Shown: in pieces, positions 36,554 through 45,546 of the stretch | Position numbering within the stretch: position 1 is the stretch's first letter | Layout: every line of letters begins with the position of its first letter | Assembly (NCBI GenBank): GCA_963699585.1 | Contig: CAVOUK010000011.1 | Location: 37,749-101,748, forward strand | From: Thermodesulfovibrionia bacterium | Lineage (GTDB): Bacteria > Nitrospirota > Thermodesulfovibrionia > UBA6902 | DNA: 64,000 nucleotides | Direction of reading: 5' to 3' | Program-made: the position numbers and the translations under genes | The notes under the pieces: model-generated | What the model was told of the DNA's origin: nothing | The model's database searches: none | What the model saw: only the letters and a program-made list of their open reading frames with translations

Positions 36554-37309
36554 TCACTTTACTATCCGCTTGCGCATCAGCCTGAAAGGGTAGGGGGCCA
36601 GCAATGCAGCTACAGCCAGCAGCCAGATAACATCCCATCCTGCAGCGTGAATTGAGCCGGCTGCAAAGGCCCTGCAGATATTTACAAGATGATAGAGTGG
36701 CGTAAAAAAGGCTATCTTTGTGACAATCTGCGGAAAGGTATCAAGCGGGAAAAATATACCCGAGAAGAGGAAACTCGGCGTTAACAACAGTGTAAAAAAA
36801 TAACTGAAAGAATCGATGCCTGGAACGATAGCGGTGGCAATAAGCGCTGTTTCAGCAAAGATCAATCCGCTAAGGAAAAGGACCGGTATAATTAAAATAA
36901 TTATTGCGGAATCAACAAGGCCGAAAGATGCGATCACGATGGTTATAATAGTACCATAGAAAACGCTTTTTGCAGCGCCCCACATTAATTCTCCGGCGAT
37001 AAGATCATCAATATTTATCGGAGTGGCAAGTATGGCGTCAAAGGTCTTCTGATATGTCATTCGAATGTAGGTGCCGTATGTACACTCGGAGGCAGTTGCG
37101 AACATGGATGAAGAGGCGATCAACCCCGGCGCAATAAAGTTAATGTAAGGCATGCCATGTATCTCCTTCACTAAACCGCCGAGCCCAAGACCCATGGCTA
37201 CAAGATAAAGTATCGGTTCAATGAAATTGAACGCGATGCTCGATTTGTAGAGTTTTTTATAGACAGTGAAGTTTCTCTGCCAGACCCTGAATGCCTTTTT
37301 GAGTTTCAC
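36554..37309 (-). CDS. ABC-2 type transporter permease
   Basis: 251 aa, six predicted hydrophobic spans, translationally coupled to the upstream ATPase. Confidence 0.8.
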   Translation of the reverse strand: MKLKKAFRVWQRNFTVYKKLYKSSIAFNFIEPILYLVAMGLGLGGLVKEIHGMPYINFIAPGLIASSSMFATASECTYGTYIRMTYQKTFDAILATPINIDDLIAGELMWGAAKSVFYGTIITIVIASFGLVDSAIIILIIPVLFLSGLIFAETALIATAIVPGIDSFSYFFTLLLTPSFLFSGIFFPLDTFPQIVTKIAFFTPLYHLVNICRAFAAGSIHAAGWDVIWLLAVAALLAPYPFRLMRKRIVK

Positions 37310-38037
37310 CCTGTTAAACTCCTGCCCGTAAGTTTCAGGTAAACTTCCTCAAGATTTCCGCCATGTGTGCTCATTAGTTTTGAAGGTGTATCAATAGTAA
37401 CTATTTTGCCTGAATCCATGATCGCCGCCCTGTCGCAGAGCTTTTCCGCTTCTTCCATGTAATGTGTTGTAAGTATCAGGGTCATCCCTTTTGACTTAAG
37501 ATGATTCAGCTGGTCCCAGACAGAATGCCTGCTGTGCGGGTCCAGTCCGGTGGTCGGTTCATCAAGTATTAACAGTTCGGGACCATTTATCAAGGCCCTT
37601 GCAAGCAGGAGCCTGCGTTTCATGCCTCCTGAGAGGTTTGATATTTTTACGTCTGCTTTTTCCCTCAGTTCTACAAAATCAAGAAGGTCCCATGCACGGG
37701 GTGAAGAATCTTTTTTGGGGATATCGAAATATCGGGCATATACGATCAGATTTTCAAATACCGTAAGGTCAGGGTCCAGATTATTTTCCTGCGGCATTAC
37801 ACCTAACCGTGCCTTAATGTTGCCCGGGGCTTTCGTCACATCCGTATCAAATACTTTCACTTCACCTGAAGTTGGCGGGATAAAGCAGTAAATAATGCTC
37901 ATGACCGTGGTCTTCCCTGCACCGTTCGGTCCAAGAAAACCGAAACATTCGCCCTTTGTAATTTCAAAATTAACTTTGTCCAGGGCGCATAATCCGTTAT
38001 AACATTTCGTAAGGTCTTTGGCAGTGACTATATTCAT
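37306..38037 (-). CDS. ABC transporter ATP-binding protein (NodI/DrrA-like)
   Basis: GPNGAGKTT Walker A, LSGGMKRRL signature, LLILDEPTTGLD Walker B. Confidence 0.85.
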   Translation of the reverse strand: MNIVTAKDLTKCYNGLCALDKVNFEITKGECFGFLGPNGAGKTTVMSIIYCFIPPTSGEVKVFDTDVTKAPGNIKARLGVMPQENNLDPDLTVFENLIVYARYFDIPKKDSSPRAWDLLDFVELREKADVKISNLSGGMKRRLLLARALINGPELLILDEPTTGLDPHSRHSVWDQLNHLKSKGMTLILTTHYMEEAEKLCDRAAIMDSGKIVTIDTPSKLMSTHGGNLEEVYLKLTGRSLTG

Positions 38038-38053
38038 ATACTGTTTAAATAAG

Positions 38054-38146
38054 TTTTATTGGTTTTATTGGTTAAAAACTGTTTTATTGGTTTAAGTCTT
38101 TTAACTAATCAAACCAATACAACCAATACAACTAATTGAACCAACA
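38054..38146. repeat. Word-array hairpin (ttttattgg x3 / aaccaatac x2)
   Basis: Tandem ttttattgg at 38054-38071 and 38082-38090; tandem aaccaatac at 38112-38129. attggtt and aaccaat are complementary. Confidence 0.7.
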
Positions 38147-38159
38147 AACTAATAAAAGA

Positions 38160-38972
38160 TCATTTATCTATTATTCCCTCAAACACACCTTTAACTTCTT
38201 TCAACATCTCTCCATGAAATGCAGGTGTAGCAGCGATAATATTGCCGGTTGAGAGATAATCGCTTCCTCCGCTAAAATCAGTTACTATTCCGCCAGCTTC
38301 TTTTATTATAAGGCTTCCTGCAGCGATATCCCAGGGGCTGAGAGCGATCTCAAAGAATCCTTCGCATCTCCCGCATGCAATATAGGCAAGATCAAGGGCC
38401 GCAGACCCGGCCCTCCTTATATCGCTCACCCTGTAAAAGATATTTTTGAAAAGCTTAAGGTATTCGTCAATTAGATTTCTTTTACGAAAGGGGAACCCTG
38501 TTGAAATAAGACCGTTAGATAAATCTGTGACATTAGAGACCCTTATGGGCCTTCCATTTAAGAATGCACCACCGCCTTTTTCCGCGGTGAAGATTTCTCC
38601 CCTTAACGGATCGTAGATCAGGCCCAGTATTATATCGCGCTTGAGTTCAAGAGCTATCGATACAGAAAAGACTGGATACCCGTGAATAAAATTAGTGGTG
38701 CCGTCAAGAGGGTCTATTATCCAGCGGTACTCTCCTGCGGCTTCTTCTTTTAATGATTCCTCTGTCAGAAAATAATGTCCCGGGAAAATTGCCCTGATCG
38801 TCTTTATAATAATCTGCTCTGATTCCCTGTCTACATGTGTTACGAAATCCGAGGCCTGTTTGACATCAATATCACTTTGGGAGATCTTGCCGATATTACT
38901 CTGGATCAGTTCTCCCGCTAAAACTGCAGCCCTGAATGCCGTGCCCAAAAAATCATTCTTATCATTATTCAT
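38160..38972 (-). CDS. Inositol monophosphatase family protein
   Basis: WIIDPLDGTTNF, ..GSAALDLAYIACG... I prefer ATG 38972 (ATGA overlap with the upstream stop); the ORF-track start is 38984. Confidence 0.85.
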   Translation of the reverse strand: MNNDKNDFLGTAFRAAVLAGELIQSNIGKISQSDIDVKQASDFVTHVDRESEQIIIKTIRAIFPGHYFLTEESLKEEAAGEYRWIIDPLDGTTNFIHGYPVFSVSIALELKRDIILGLIYDPLRGEIFTAEKGGGAFLNGRPIRVSNVTDLSNGLISTGFPFRKRNLIDEYLKLFKNIFYRVSDIRRAGSAALDLAYIACGRCEGFFEIALSPWDIAAGSLIIKEAGGIVTDFSGGSDYLSTGNIIAATPAFHGEMLKEVKGVFEGIIDK

Positions 38973-39628
38973 GGTCCCCCCCATATTAATACATGACGGT
39001 CACTTACAACATCAATATAAAGATGTTCAAGCTTTGCCGCATCAAGCTGTTCTCTTATCTCATTTAAGCTGTATGCCGCCATTAGTGAATTGAAGAAGTC
39101 TTTCTGCAATAACGGAGAAGCGTCAGCAGCATAACGCTGTAATAAGCCCTTTGCAGATTCTACATTATCAGGACGCAATAAATCCATGATAAAAACAGGG
39201 GCTCCGGGCTTTATGCACTGCTTAACGGTATTCCATAGTATTGAAGGGTCTGAGAGATGATGCAAAAGACTGTTGGAGATCACCGCGTCATATTTCCTGT
39301 ATGAAAGATCGCTGTCAGGAAGTCTGCATTTTTTCAGTTTGATATTATGCTCCAGTCCGTTCCTTTTCACATCCTGTGTGCCGATGTCGAGCATGGCCTG
39401 TGCCCCGTCAACGCCGAATATTTTTATTGAAGGAAATGCTCTGGCAAATCTGATGATGACGTCTGCAGTGCCGCAGCCAAGATCAATTATTTCATGTCCG
39501 GAGAAATAAGGAAAGTGTGACATGAACAGCTTAACAAAAACCTCATGTGGTTCTGAAAAATCAGCATCCGCATAAGCCTTTGCCTGTTCAGCATCATCCA
39601 TCAGATCCGGTTCTGGAATACGTTCCAT
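38969..39628 (-). CDS. Class I SAM-dependent methyltransferase
   Basis: IIDLGCGTADVIIRF motif I, ..VISNSLLHHL. Confidence 0.75.
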   Translation of the reverse strand: MERIPEPDLMDDAEQAKAYADADFSEPHEVFVKLFMSHFPYFSGHEIIDLGCGTADVIIRFARAFPSIKIFGVDGAQAMLDIGTQDVKRNGLEHNIKLKKCRLPDSDLSYRKYDAVISNSLLHHLSDPSILWNTVKQCIKPGAPVFIMDLLRPDNVESAKGLLQRYAADASPLLQKDFFNSLMAAYSLNEIREQLDAAKLEHLYIDVVSDRHVLIWGGP

Positions 39629-39650
39629 ATAAATATTAAATAATTGTCCG

Positions 39651-39769
39651 CAGATTGCACAGATTACACAGATAAATTAATAACACAATCATATTTTGGA
39701 CAAGTACCGTTAGAACAATATGACAGATCATCAAAGAATTATTTTGGAAATAATCTGTGTAATCTGTGG
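39651..39769. repeat. Word-array hairpin with 16-bp perfect stem (cacagattacacagat / atctgtgtaatctgtg), 79-nt loop
   Basis: 39658-39673 is the exact reverse complement of 39753-39768. The left arm repeats the word cagatt(g/a)cac. Confidence 0.75.
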
Positions 39770-39771
39770 AT

Positions 39772-40809
39772 TTATTCTTCCCTCCACTGGCTCTGAATAT
39801 CATACGTCCCGTGGCGCTTAAATTTCCTCTTCAACTTATTCAAATCATGACCTGCAAGGCCTTCAAGCGAATATTCTCCCATGTTTTCATCGTTCTGAAG
39901 ATAGTAAAGATAACCGATCTCATCAGGTTCAAATCCAATCGCACGCGCTGCAACTCCGTCAGCCTTCACAGGATCAGCCGATGCAATTGCTATCTTCATG
40001 TCAACAGGCGTACCATCAACCGGGCCATTGTTCTCCATGCAAACAAAACCGTCGAGGACTACCAGGTCAGGCCATGTTCTTTTAGCAAATTCCACGATAT
40101 TATGGTGGATCATTTTCACACTCCTGCGGTAAGCCGGATACTGCCTGAATAAGAAGTTTATAATCCAGGGAGGAAGTTTTCTCCTTGCCTTTGAAACAGT
40201 CCCTGGAGGGAGTCTGTCCAGAAGGGTCTTCGGCGCATCAACTTCTATGCCGCCTTTCATTCCGTGGATCATCGCCATGTCCTGTCTCAATACAAGTCCG
40301 GCCATGTTTTTAATACCGAATGTTGCGATAGCAAAATTATGGGTTTTGGGAATAGCGAGAGATATTTTATAATCAAATTCCTGAATACGTTTTGAAATTC
40401 TCAGATGGGTATCGCCGACTACAGAGTGAATAGGGCTGTTTATCACTTCCTTGTCGTTGTCAAAATCAGTCAATGACAGATTGCTGTATTTATTTACAAG
40501 ACGGTAATAATCATAATCTTCAAAAACTTTAGAAGTCGGAAACCCTTTGTAAAAAGCAGAAGCAGAACTTTCACCGACTGTAATGGGTGTGTCCGGAGAG
40601 ATATTACGAATAAATTCTATAACAGCTTCTATTGACTCTACGTTTGTATTTGCAAAATCCGGCTTCAGTGCAACGAGATTAGGTTTGATCAAAATGTTCT
40701 TTGCCTTTTTTACCGGTTCCAGATCATCCCGGACCAACGCAAGGCATTTTTTAATATTTTCCTTCCGGTTGTCACCGTGAATCAGGGAAACTTTCTTTTT
40801 ATCAGTCAT
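39772..40809 (-). CDS. DUF362 domain protein
   Basis: N-terminus ..ENIKKCLALV..AKNILIKPNLV.. is typical of DUF362 (assignment from memory). Confidence 0.6.
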   Translation of the reverse strand: MTDKKKVSLIHGDNRKENIKKCLALVRDDLEPVKKAKNILIKPNLVALKPDFANTNVESIEAVIEFIRNISPDTPITVGESSASAFYKGFPTSKVFEDYDYYRLVNKYSNLSLTDFDNDKEVINSPIHSVVGDTHLRISKRIQEFDYKISLAIPKTHNFAIATFGIKNMAGLVLRQDMAMIHGMKGGIEVDAPKTLLDRLPPGTVSKARRKLPPWIINFLFRQYPAYRRSVKMIHHNIVEFAKRTWPDLVVLDGFVCMENNGPVDGTPVDMKIAIASADPVKADGVAARAIGFEPDEIGYLYYLQNDENMGEYSLEGLAGHDLNKLKRKFKRHGTYDIQSQWREE

Positions 40810-40833
40810 GGTTTTCTCCGTGTGTAATCTTGG

Positions 40834-42183
40834 CTAAAAACTGCATTTGCTTTTTACATACTCAAAGGAACCGTCAGTTTCCCACGCATCCAGCAGGGAT
40901 GGTTCCTTCAACTGCTGTCCTCTGTATCTTGAAACGGATACATAGTTGACCTTTAGATCCCTGAGTCCTGTCATATCTCCCCATAATTTCTCAAACTGTG
41001 CTACAGGATAGATATCTTCCTGCCCGCTTCCCCAGATATATTTTACATTTTTGATCGTAACGTATGCAGGCATTTTCTTTTCGATCATGCTGATCGCCTC
41101 AATAATTATATTCTGCTTTTCAATTTGAGTATCAGCCCCAAGAATAATATCCCTGTCCAGTCCAAAAAACTCCAGCAGCGGATCAATGGTTATCCAGTTT
41201 GTAAGCGTATTGTAATAACTCAATTTGTATTCATCCTCTTCCCTTGGCAGCGCCAAGCCTTCAACAAGCTGCAAGTGGCTGTTAATTCTTGCCAACCCTC
41301 CGCCGGAGTCTTCAATTCTGCGGGGTGTTACTTCAAACATCATGCAACTCTTGCCCTTAATATGTAAACCCAGCAAGGCAGGATCAATACTTACGCCCAT
41401 TGTATCGATATTATGACAGACGAGATACTTCAGGTTATGATTGTCCTTCAGCATCTTTGAGAGCGTACCGCTCTTTATGAGGTTAGGAATCTCGTACCAG
41501 TGTCCGGGAGGGTTAAATCTCAGTATGGGTTTGTTCTCAGAATAGTCTTCTCCCTCTCCTTTGGATCTTGCCCAATCTATCAATGCGCCGTGAACGTCGT
41601 CCTGGACCTTCTGCACATTTTCTTCCATTTTCTGCCGGAGCTGCTCCTCCCAGTAAAAATGCAAATCCCTCTCCATCGGGTAAACCCTTCGGCCAATGGA
41701 CCTTCCCGGAGAAAGATATATTCTGCCTTCATAATCAAAGTTGCTGCAATTTTTCATATAATCAGAAATGGCATCATGTGTCAGATAACTTGTGGTAAAA
41801 ATGTGGGGGACCCAATGTCCTGAGAGTCTCCCTGTTTTTCTGCTCTTTGCAAGATGGATCTCAATAAAGGTCCTGTATTTGCCGTCAATCCGTATAAATG
41901 GATTGAGGGGCTTAACTACTGCACCCCCGTGCGTCCATCTGCTGCCCATACCGCCGGCAAAAGTGACGACCGCGATCTCGTTGTTTTTGAGGGCGTTGAT
42001 TCCTGCTTCGTATAATCTGTTATTCTTTAGCAGGGGCAATTCATGAGTTGCCCCTCCAGTATGATTTACCATTTCATCCTCAAAATGAAAGATATCATCA
42101 TATGAAACATCATCGATCTTTGTTGTCAATGGAAGGCGGTTTTTTGCAAGACCGATGTCACCGTTCTTTAACAAAGCTTTCAT
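40834..42183 (-). CDS. UDPGP-family (eukaryotic-type UTP-sugar-1-phosphate uridylyltransferase-like) nucleotidyltransferase
   Basis: VVTFAGGMGSRW (GGxGxR loop) and ..LVCHNIDTMG (NxDN-like). A degenerate GTAGGGGC-type palindrome lies in codons about 43-50. Confidence 0.6.
   Translation of the reverse strand: MKALLKNGDIGLAKNRLPLTTKIDDVSYDDIFHFEDEMVNHTGGATHELPLLKNNRLYEAGINALKNNEIAVVTFAGGMGSRWTHGGAVVKPLNPFIRIDGKYRTFIEIHLAKSRKTGRLSGHWVPHIFTTSYLTHDAISDYMKNCSNFDYEGRIYLSPGRSIGRRVYPMERDLHFYWEEQLRQKMEENVQKVQDDVHGALIDWARSKGEGEDYSENKPILRFNPPGHWYEIPNLIKSGTLSKMLKDNHNLKYLVCHNIDTMGVSIDPALLGLHIKGKSCMMFEVTPRRIEDSGGGLARINSHLQLVEGLALPREEDEYKLSYYNTLTNWITIDPLLEFFGLDRDIILGADTQIEKQNIIIEAISMIEKKMPAYVTIKNVKYIWGSGQEDIYPVAQFEKLWGDMTGLRDLKVNYVSVSRYRGQQLKEPSLLDAWETDGSFEYVKSKCSF
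42032..42055. repeat. GGGGC-stem palindrome, degenerate copy (aggggcaattcatgagttgcccct) inside an ORF
   Basis: Imperfect palindrome, translated as GATHELPL in ORF 40834..42183. Confidence 0.6.
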
Positions 42184-42187
42184 GTAT

Positions 42188-44083
42188 TCATGAGAGTTGA
42201 ATCAAAACCGTATCGTTGCTTTTGATTTCATCCTCAGTTGACTGTTCTGAAGATGGGCGACATGTATTTTGTAGGGGCAATTCATGAATTGCCCCTACTT
42301 GCATTTCTCTATCCTTATGATGTATCTCCGGCATTATCGCCTCTTTCCCTTTCAGCAACTTTGCCGCGATTCCTTCATGATTGATCTCAAAGTCATACAC
42401 TACAGGGTCAATTATGAAGGGTAGGGAAGCGCTGTATTTCTGTTTGAGATCGTACATTATCCGGGCTATTCTGTTCTTAAATATTGTTTTAATTCCCGGA
42501 TCAACTATAAATGCCATTCCTCCGCCGGACATTCCTCCGAGCATTAAAAAACCCCAGTAATCCTCTTTAAAATCTTCTTTTGCCTTATTGATCAGCTCTT
42601 CTGTAAATGCATTATTTACCCAGGGGATGACTTTTTGTATCGCCTCTTCCCAGTCCTCAGTTGTGAGTCTGCCGAGCTCTTTCATGTCTCCGGCCTTTAA
42701 GGCATTCACAATCTTATCGAACAGATGTATCCCCTTCATACGTGCTTCCCATTCCTTCTCATATTTCAGCAGATATTTTTCAGTGACCATTTCCAGGACC
42801 GGCCCCACATCCTGGGATATCCCGCCATGTACCAGCACCATTGAATCAAGTATCTTTCTCTCGATCTCTTCAGATATCACTTCTCTTGAAAAGACATTGT
42901 GTTCCGGCAGCAAACAGCCTCTGCTGACACCGAATTCAGGGTCGCCATTTTTTGCCAGTTTCCCGGCAATTACTTTGATCCCCGGCCAAAGGCCGCCTGA
43001 ATCCTGCCATCCTCCTCCTGACCCCCCGAGCCATTCACCGAGGACCGCCCTGGATAATACTGTTCTGCGTTGTTCTTCAGTTAATGTACCTGTCTGGTCC
43101 TTTATCTGTCCGCTGAGCCTCATCAATCGTGCTATGACTGTCGCAAGAAGTGTAGTGCTTACAGCCAGACGTGATCCTTTGGGTATACCGTTCACCTTTG
43201 TAATTATCTCGATACCGCCGGGTTTGCCCAGGAGTCTGTGCAACAGGTTTTTTAACGGAATATCCTTATTTTCAAAACACGGCGGTACAATTCCTGAGGC
43301 TACAACACCGGCTTTAAGAAGCGACAAGTGGTCATTTCCAAAATTAAAGAGCTCCCGTAACGTTGAAATTCTCTTGGAAGCTTTAAGATCAATAGATGTC
43401 AAATGGATAACAGGATCTTCAATAAAACGGCAGTAGCACTCGCATGGAGGAAGTATTTGTTCTTCACTGCCATGAATTCTTAAATTAACCGATATATTTA
43501 TGACCCTTGCTCCCTCAGGAAAATCCATTCCGAGAAAAAATATATCGGACCATCCGCTATGTGAGGGGTCCAGTCTTACCGGTGATGCATCCATCCCAAC
43601 AGGATAAAGACCTGTTTCAGTGTCAGGTGTTGTCAGTTCTGCGGGTAATAAAAAAGGGTAATCATCCAATCCGTTAATATTGTACAGGTAATAATTTTCA
43701 TTACAATGGCTGATTGACAGCTTGACCTGATCGAGAAGATATTGAAAAGATAAATGGTAGTATGAGTCGGCCAACGCGCTGCACAATGCGCTGTTCCGGT
43801 CATCTGTCGTCAGATAAATTCTTACAGCCTGCTCGAAATTCCTGTCTAATGCAGACTTTATTCCTTCAAAAGGGACCTCTCCATATTGAGGTATTTCTTT
43901 ATGATACTGCAGGTAATATCTGAATATTACAAAAAGAAACAAAGAGGCCCTGACTTTGTGATAAAGATTGTCCGAGGACTTGCGGAATTCTTCCAGCTCC
44001 TCAGAAAGCATTTTAAGCTGGTCCATATTTTTATCTTTCAATAGATTGTCAATAGGGCGTATTGCGAATGATACTATCTTCAC
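42188..44083 (-). CDS. 631-aa protein: unknown N-terminal half + GHMP-kinase-like C-terminal half
   Basis: GIPKGSRLAVSTTLLATVIARL (degenerate motif II), GGSGGGWQDSGG, LGGMSGGGMAFIVDP (motif III-like). The last approximately 45 aa include a palindromic repeat and look like read-through. Confidence 0.45.
   Translation of the reverse strand: MKIVSFAIRPIDNLLKDKNMDQLKMLSEELEEFRKSSDNLYHKVRASLFLFVIFRYYLQYHKEIPQYGEVPFEGIKSALDRNFEQAVRIYLTTDDRNSALCSALADSYYHLSFQYLLDQVKLSISHCNENYYLYNINGLDDYPFLLPAELTTPDTETGLYPVGMDASPVRLDPSHSGWSDIFFLGMDFPEGARVINISVNLRIHGSEEQILPPCECYCRFIEDPVIHLTSIDLKASKRISTLRELFNFGNDHLSLLKAGVVASGIVPPCFENKDIPLKNLLHRLLGKPGGIEIITKVNGIPKGSRLAVSTTLLATVIARLMRLSGQIKDQTGTLTEEQRRTVLSRAVLGEWLGGSGGGWQDSGGLWPGIKVIAGKLAKNGDPEFGVSRGCLLPEHNVFSREVISEEIERKILDSMVLVHGGISQDVGPVLEMVTEKYLLKYEKEWEARMKGIHLFDKIVNALKAGDMKELGRLTTEDWEEAIQKVIPWVNNAFTEELINKAKEDFKEDYWGFLMLGGMSGGGMAFIVDPGIKTIFKNRIARIMYDLKQKYSASLPFIIDPVVYDFEINHEGIAAKLLKGKEAIMPEIHHKDREMQVGAIHELPLQNTCRPSSEQSTEDEIKSNDTVLIQLS
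42271..42298. repeat. Perfect 28-nt palindrome gtaggggcaattcatgaattgcccctac inside an ORF tail
   Basis: Self-complementary 28-mer, translated as VGAIHELPL near the C-terminus of ORF 42188..44083. Confidence 0.8.
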
Positions 44084-44152
44084 TGAGTATTGTCTGGATC
44101 AGCTCATTTGGCATGGTTGAATTTAAATATTTTAACATATAGAATTGCTTAA

Positions 44153-44236
44153 GTAGATAGTAGACAGCAGGATAGGTGATAGGTGATAGGAAGCAGGGAG
44201 CCAGCTGCATCTCTCTACTACCTACAACCTACCACC
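44153..44236. repeat. Word-array hairpin of the same word family as 30484-30684
   Basis: Left arm gtagatagtagacagcaggataggtgataggtgatagg. The right arm tctactacctacaacctaccacc (44214-44236) matches cctactacctataacctatcacc (30662-30684) at 20 of 23 positions by eye. Confidence 0.7.
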
Positions 44237-44324
44237 TTTTAACGACGGACCCGTAACGATATGGCTGGATTCAATAAACAGGTGATTTGTGCCGTATAGT
44301 ATAATGTAAACCTATAGATATGGG

Positions 44325-45170
44325 GTGAACATGAACGAATCATTAAAAGACCTTATAAAGAACATCAGAAATCTTCCGACCATTCCGTTAATTGCACAGG
44401 AAGTATTAAGCCTTATCAATGATGACATGCTCTCTCTTGAGAAACTTGAAAGCATAGTGGAGAGGGACCCTGCCATATCTGCAAAGGTCCTGAGTGTCGC
44501 TAATTCTGCTTTTTTTGGATTTCAGATTACTACTGACGCGCTCGGCAGCGCAATGATGAGAATAGGTTTTAATAATGTCAAAAATATTGCACTCGCAATA
44601 TCCCTGATGACCATACTTGATGATGGAAAACGCGGGAAGGAATTTGACTATAAAAAGATATTCAATCATTCTGTGTCAGTCGGGTTTACGGCAAGGCTTC
44701 TCTGCAAGAATTTCAAACTTAAAATGAATGATGAGTGTTTAATGATCGGAATGCTGCATGACCTCGGTTATCTCGTATTGAACAGATATTTTCCTGAAAA
44801 ATATGAAGAAGTCCTGATCGCATTTGAACAGGAAAAAACTCTCCTTGATGCAGAAAAGAAAGTTTTAGATTTTACTCATGCAGATATCGGAATGTGGTTT
44901 GCGGAAGAATGGAAATTGCCGGATATGGTACAGGATGTAAATCTTTTTCATCATACACCGTCTCTCGCAAAAAGGAATGAGATGCATGTAGCGCTCATTC
45001 ACGTTGCTGATTATTTAACATCAAAAAACATTATAAGCCCGATTGAAAAAGACCCTAACTATCCCCTCGATCCTTCTTCCCTCAAAATTCTCGGTATCTC
45101 GGACAATGATCTTAAGAATCTGGAAGAATCATTGGGCGGTGTTCCTTTTGACGATGAAATTTTCAAGTAA
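44325..45170 (+). CDS. HDOD domain protein
   Basis: LPTIPLIAQEVLSLINDD..IVERDPAISAKVLSVANSAFFG..AMMRIGFNNVKN. The start is GTG 44325 or ATG 44331. Confidence 0.75.
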   Translation: MNMNESLKDLIKNIRNLPTIPLIAQEVLSLINDDMLSLEKLESIVERDPAISAKVLSVANSAFFGFQITTDALGSAMMRIGFNNVKNIALAISLMTILDDGKRGKEFDYKKIFNHSVSVGFTARLLCKNFKLKMNDECLMIGMLHDLGYLVLNRYFPEKYEEVLIAFEQEKTLLDAEKKVLDFTHADIGMWFAEEWKLPDMVQDVNLFHHTPSLAKRNEMHVALIHVADYLTSKNIISPIEKDPNYPLDPSSLKILGISDNDLKNLEESLGGVPFDDEIFK

Positions 45171-45193
45171 TCTTAAATCATGGAGATATTGCA

Positions 45194-45433
45194 ATGAATA
45201 TTGAACACATAGCGCTGATCGCGCAAAAGATCAGTTTTGCTTTTGAGGACCATTTCTTTAATGAGAAAAAACGCAGCATGTTCGATGCGCTGTTTAACAG
45301 ATACCTGGTACCTCTTGACCCTTCAGGCAGATTGGAACCTTACGATGCTATTATTCTGTTGGGACAACAATCACCTGAAGAATTTGAGCATATGGTCAAG
45401 GAGATGAAGGAAAAAGAGTTAATCTCCGACTGA
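45194..45433 (+). CDS. Hypothetical 79-aa protein
   Basis: GGAGA 8 nt upstream of the ATG, 23 nt after the HDOD stop; no recognisable motif. Confidence 0.4.
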   Translation: MNIEHIALIAQKISFAFEDHFFNEKKRSMFDALFNRYLVPLDPSGRLEPYDAIILLGQQSPEEFEHMVKEMKEKELISD

Positions 45434-45546
45434 TATAAAATCATTTTTGTAAAAAAAGCGGTTTCAACCTTAAACTCTTTGTATCAATTTTCAGTAGAAA
45501 CGGTTTCCCGTATAAAGCACAGGAATTAATTGTAACAACCTTACCA

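Noticed and set aside
39708-39809. Small plus-strand ORF (about 33 aa, MTDHQRIILEIICVICGF..) in the loop of the 39651-39769 hairpin.
   Set aside because: No SD sequence. It runs into the 3' end of the DUF362 gene on the other strand, and its composition is dictated by the repeat arm.
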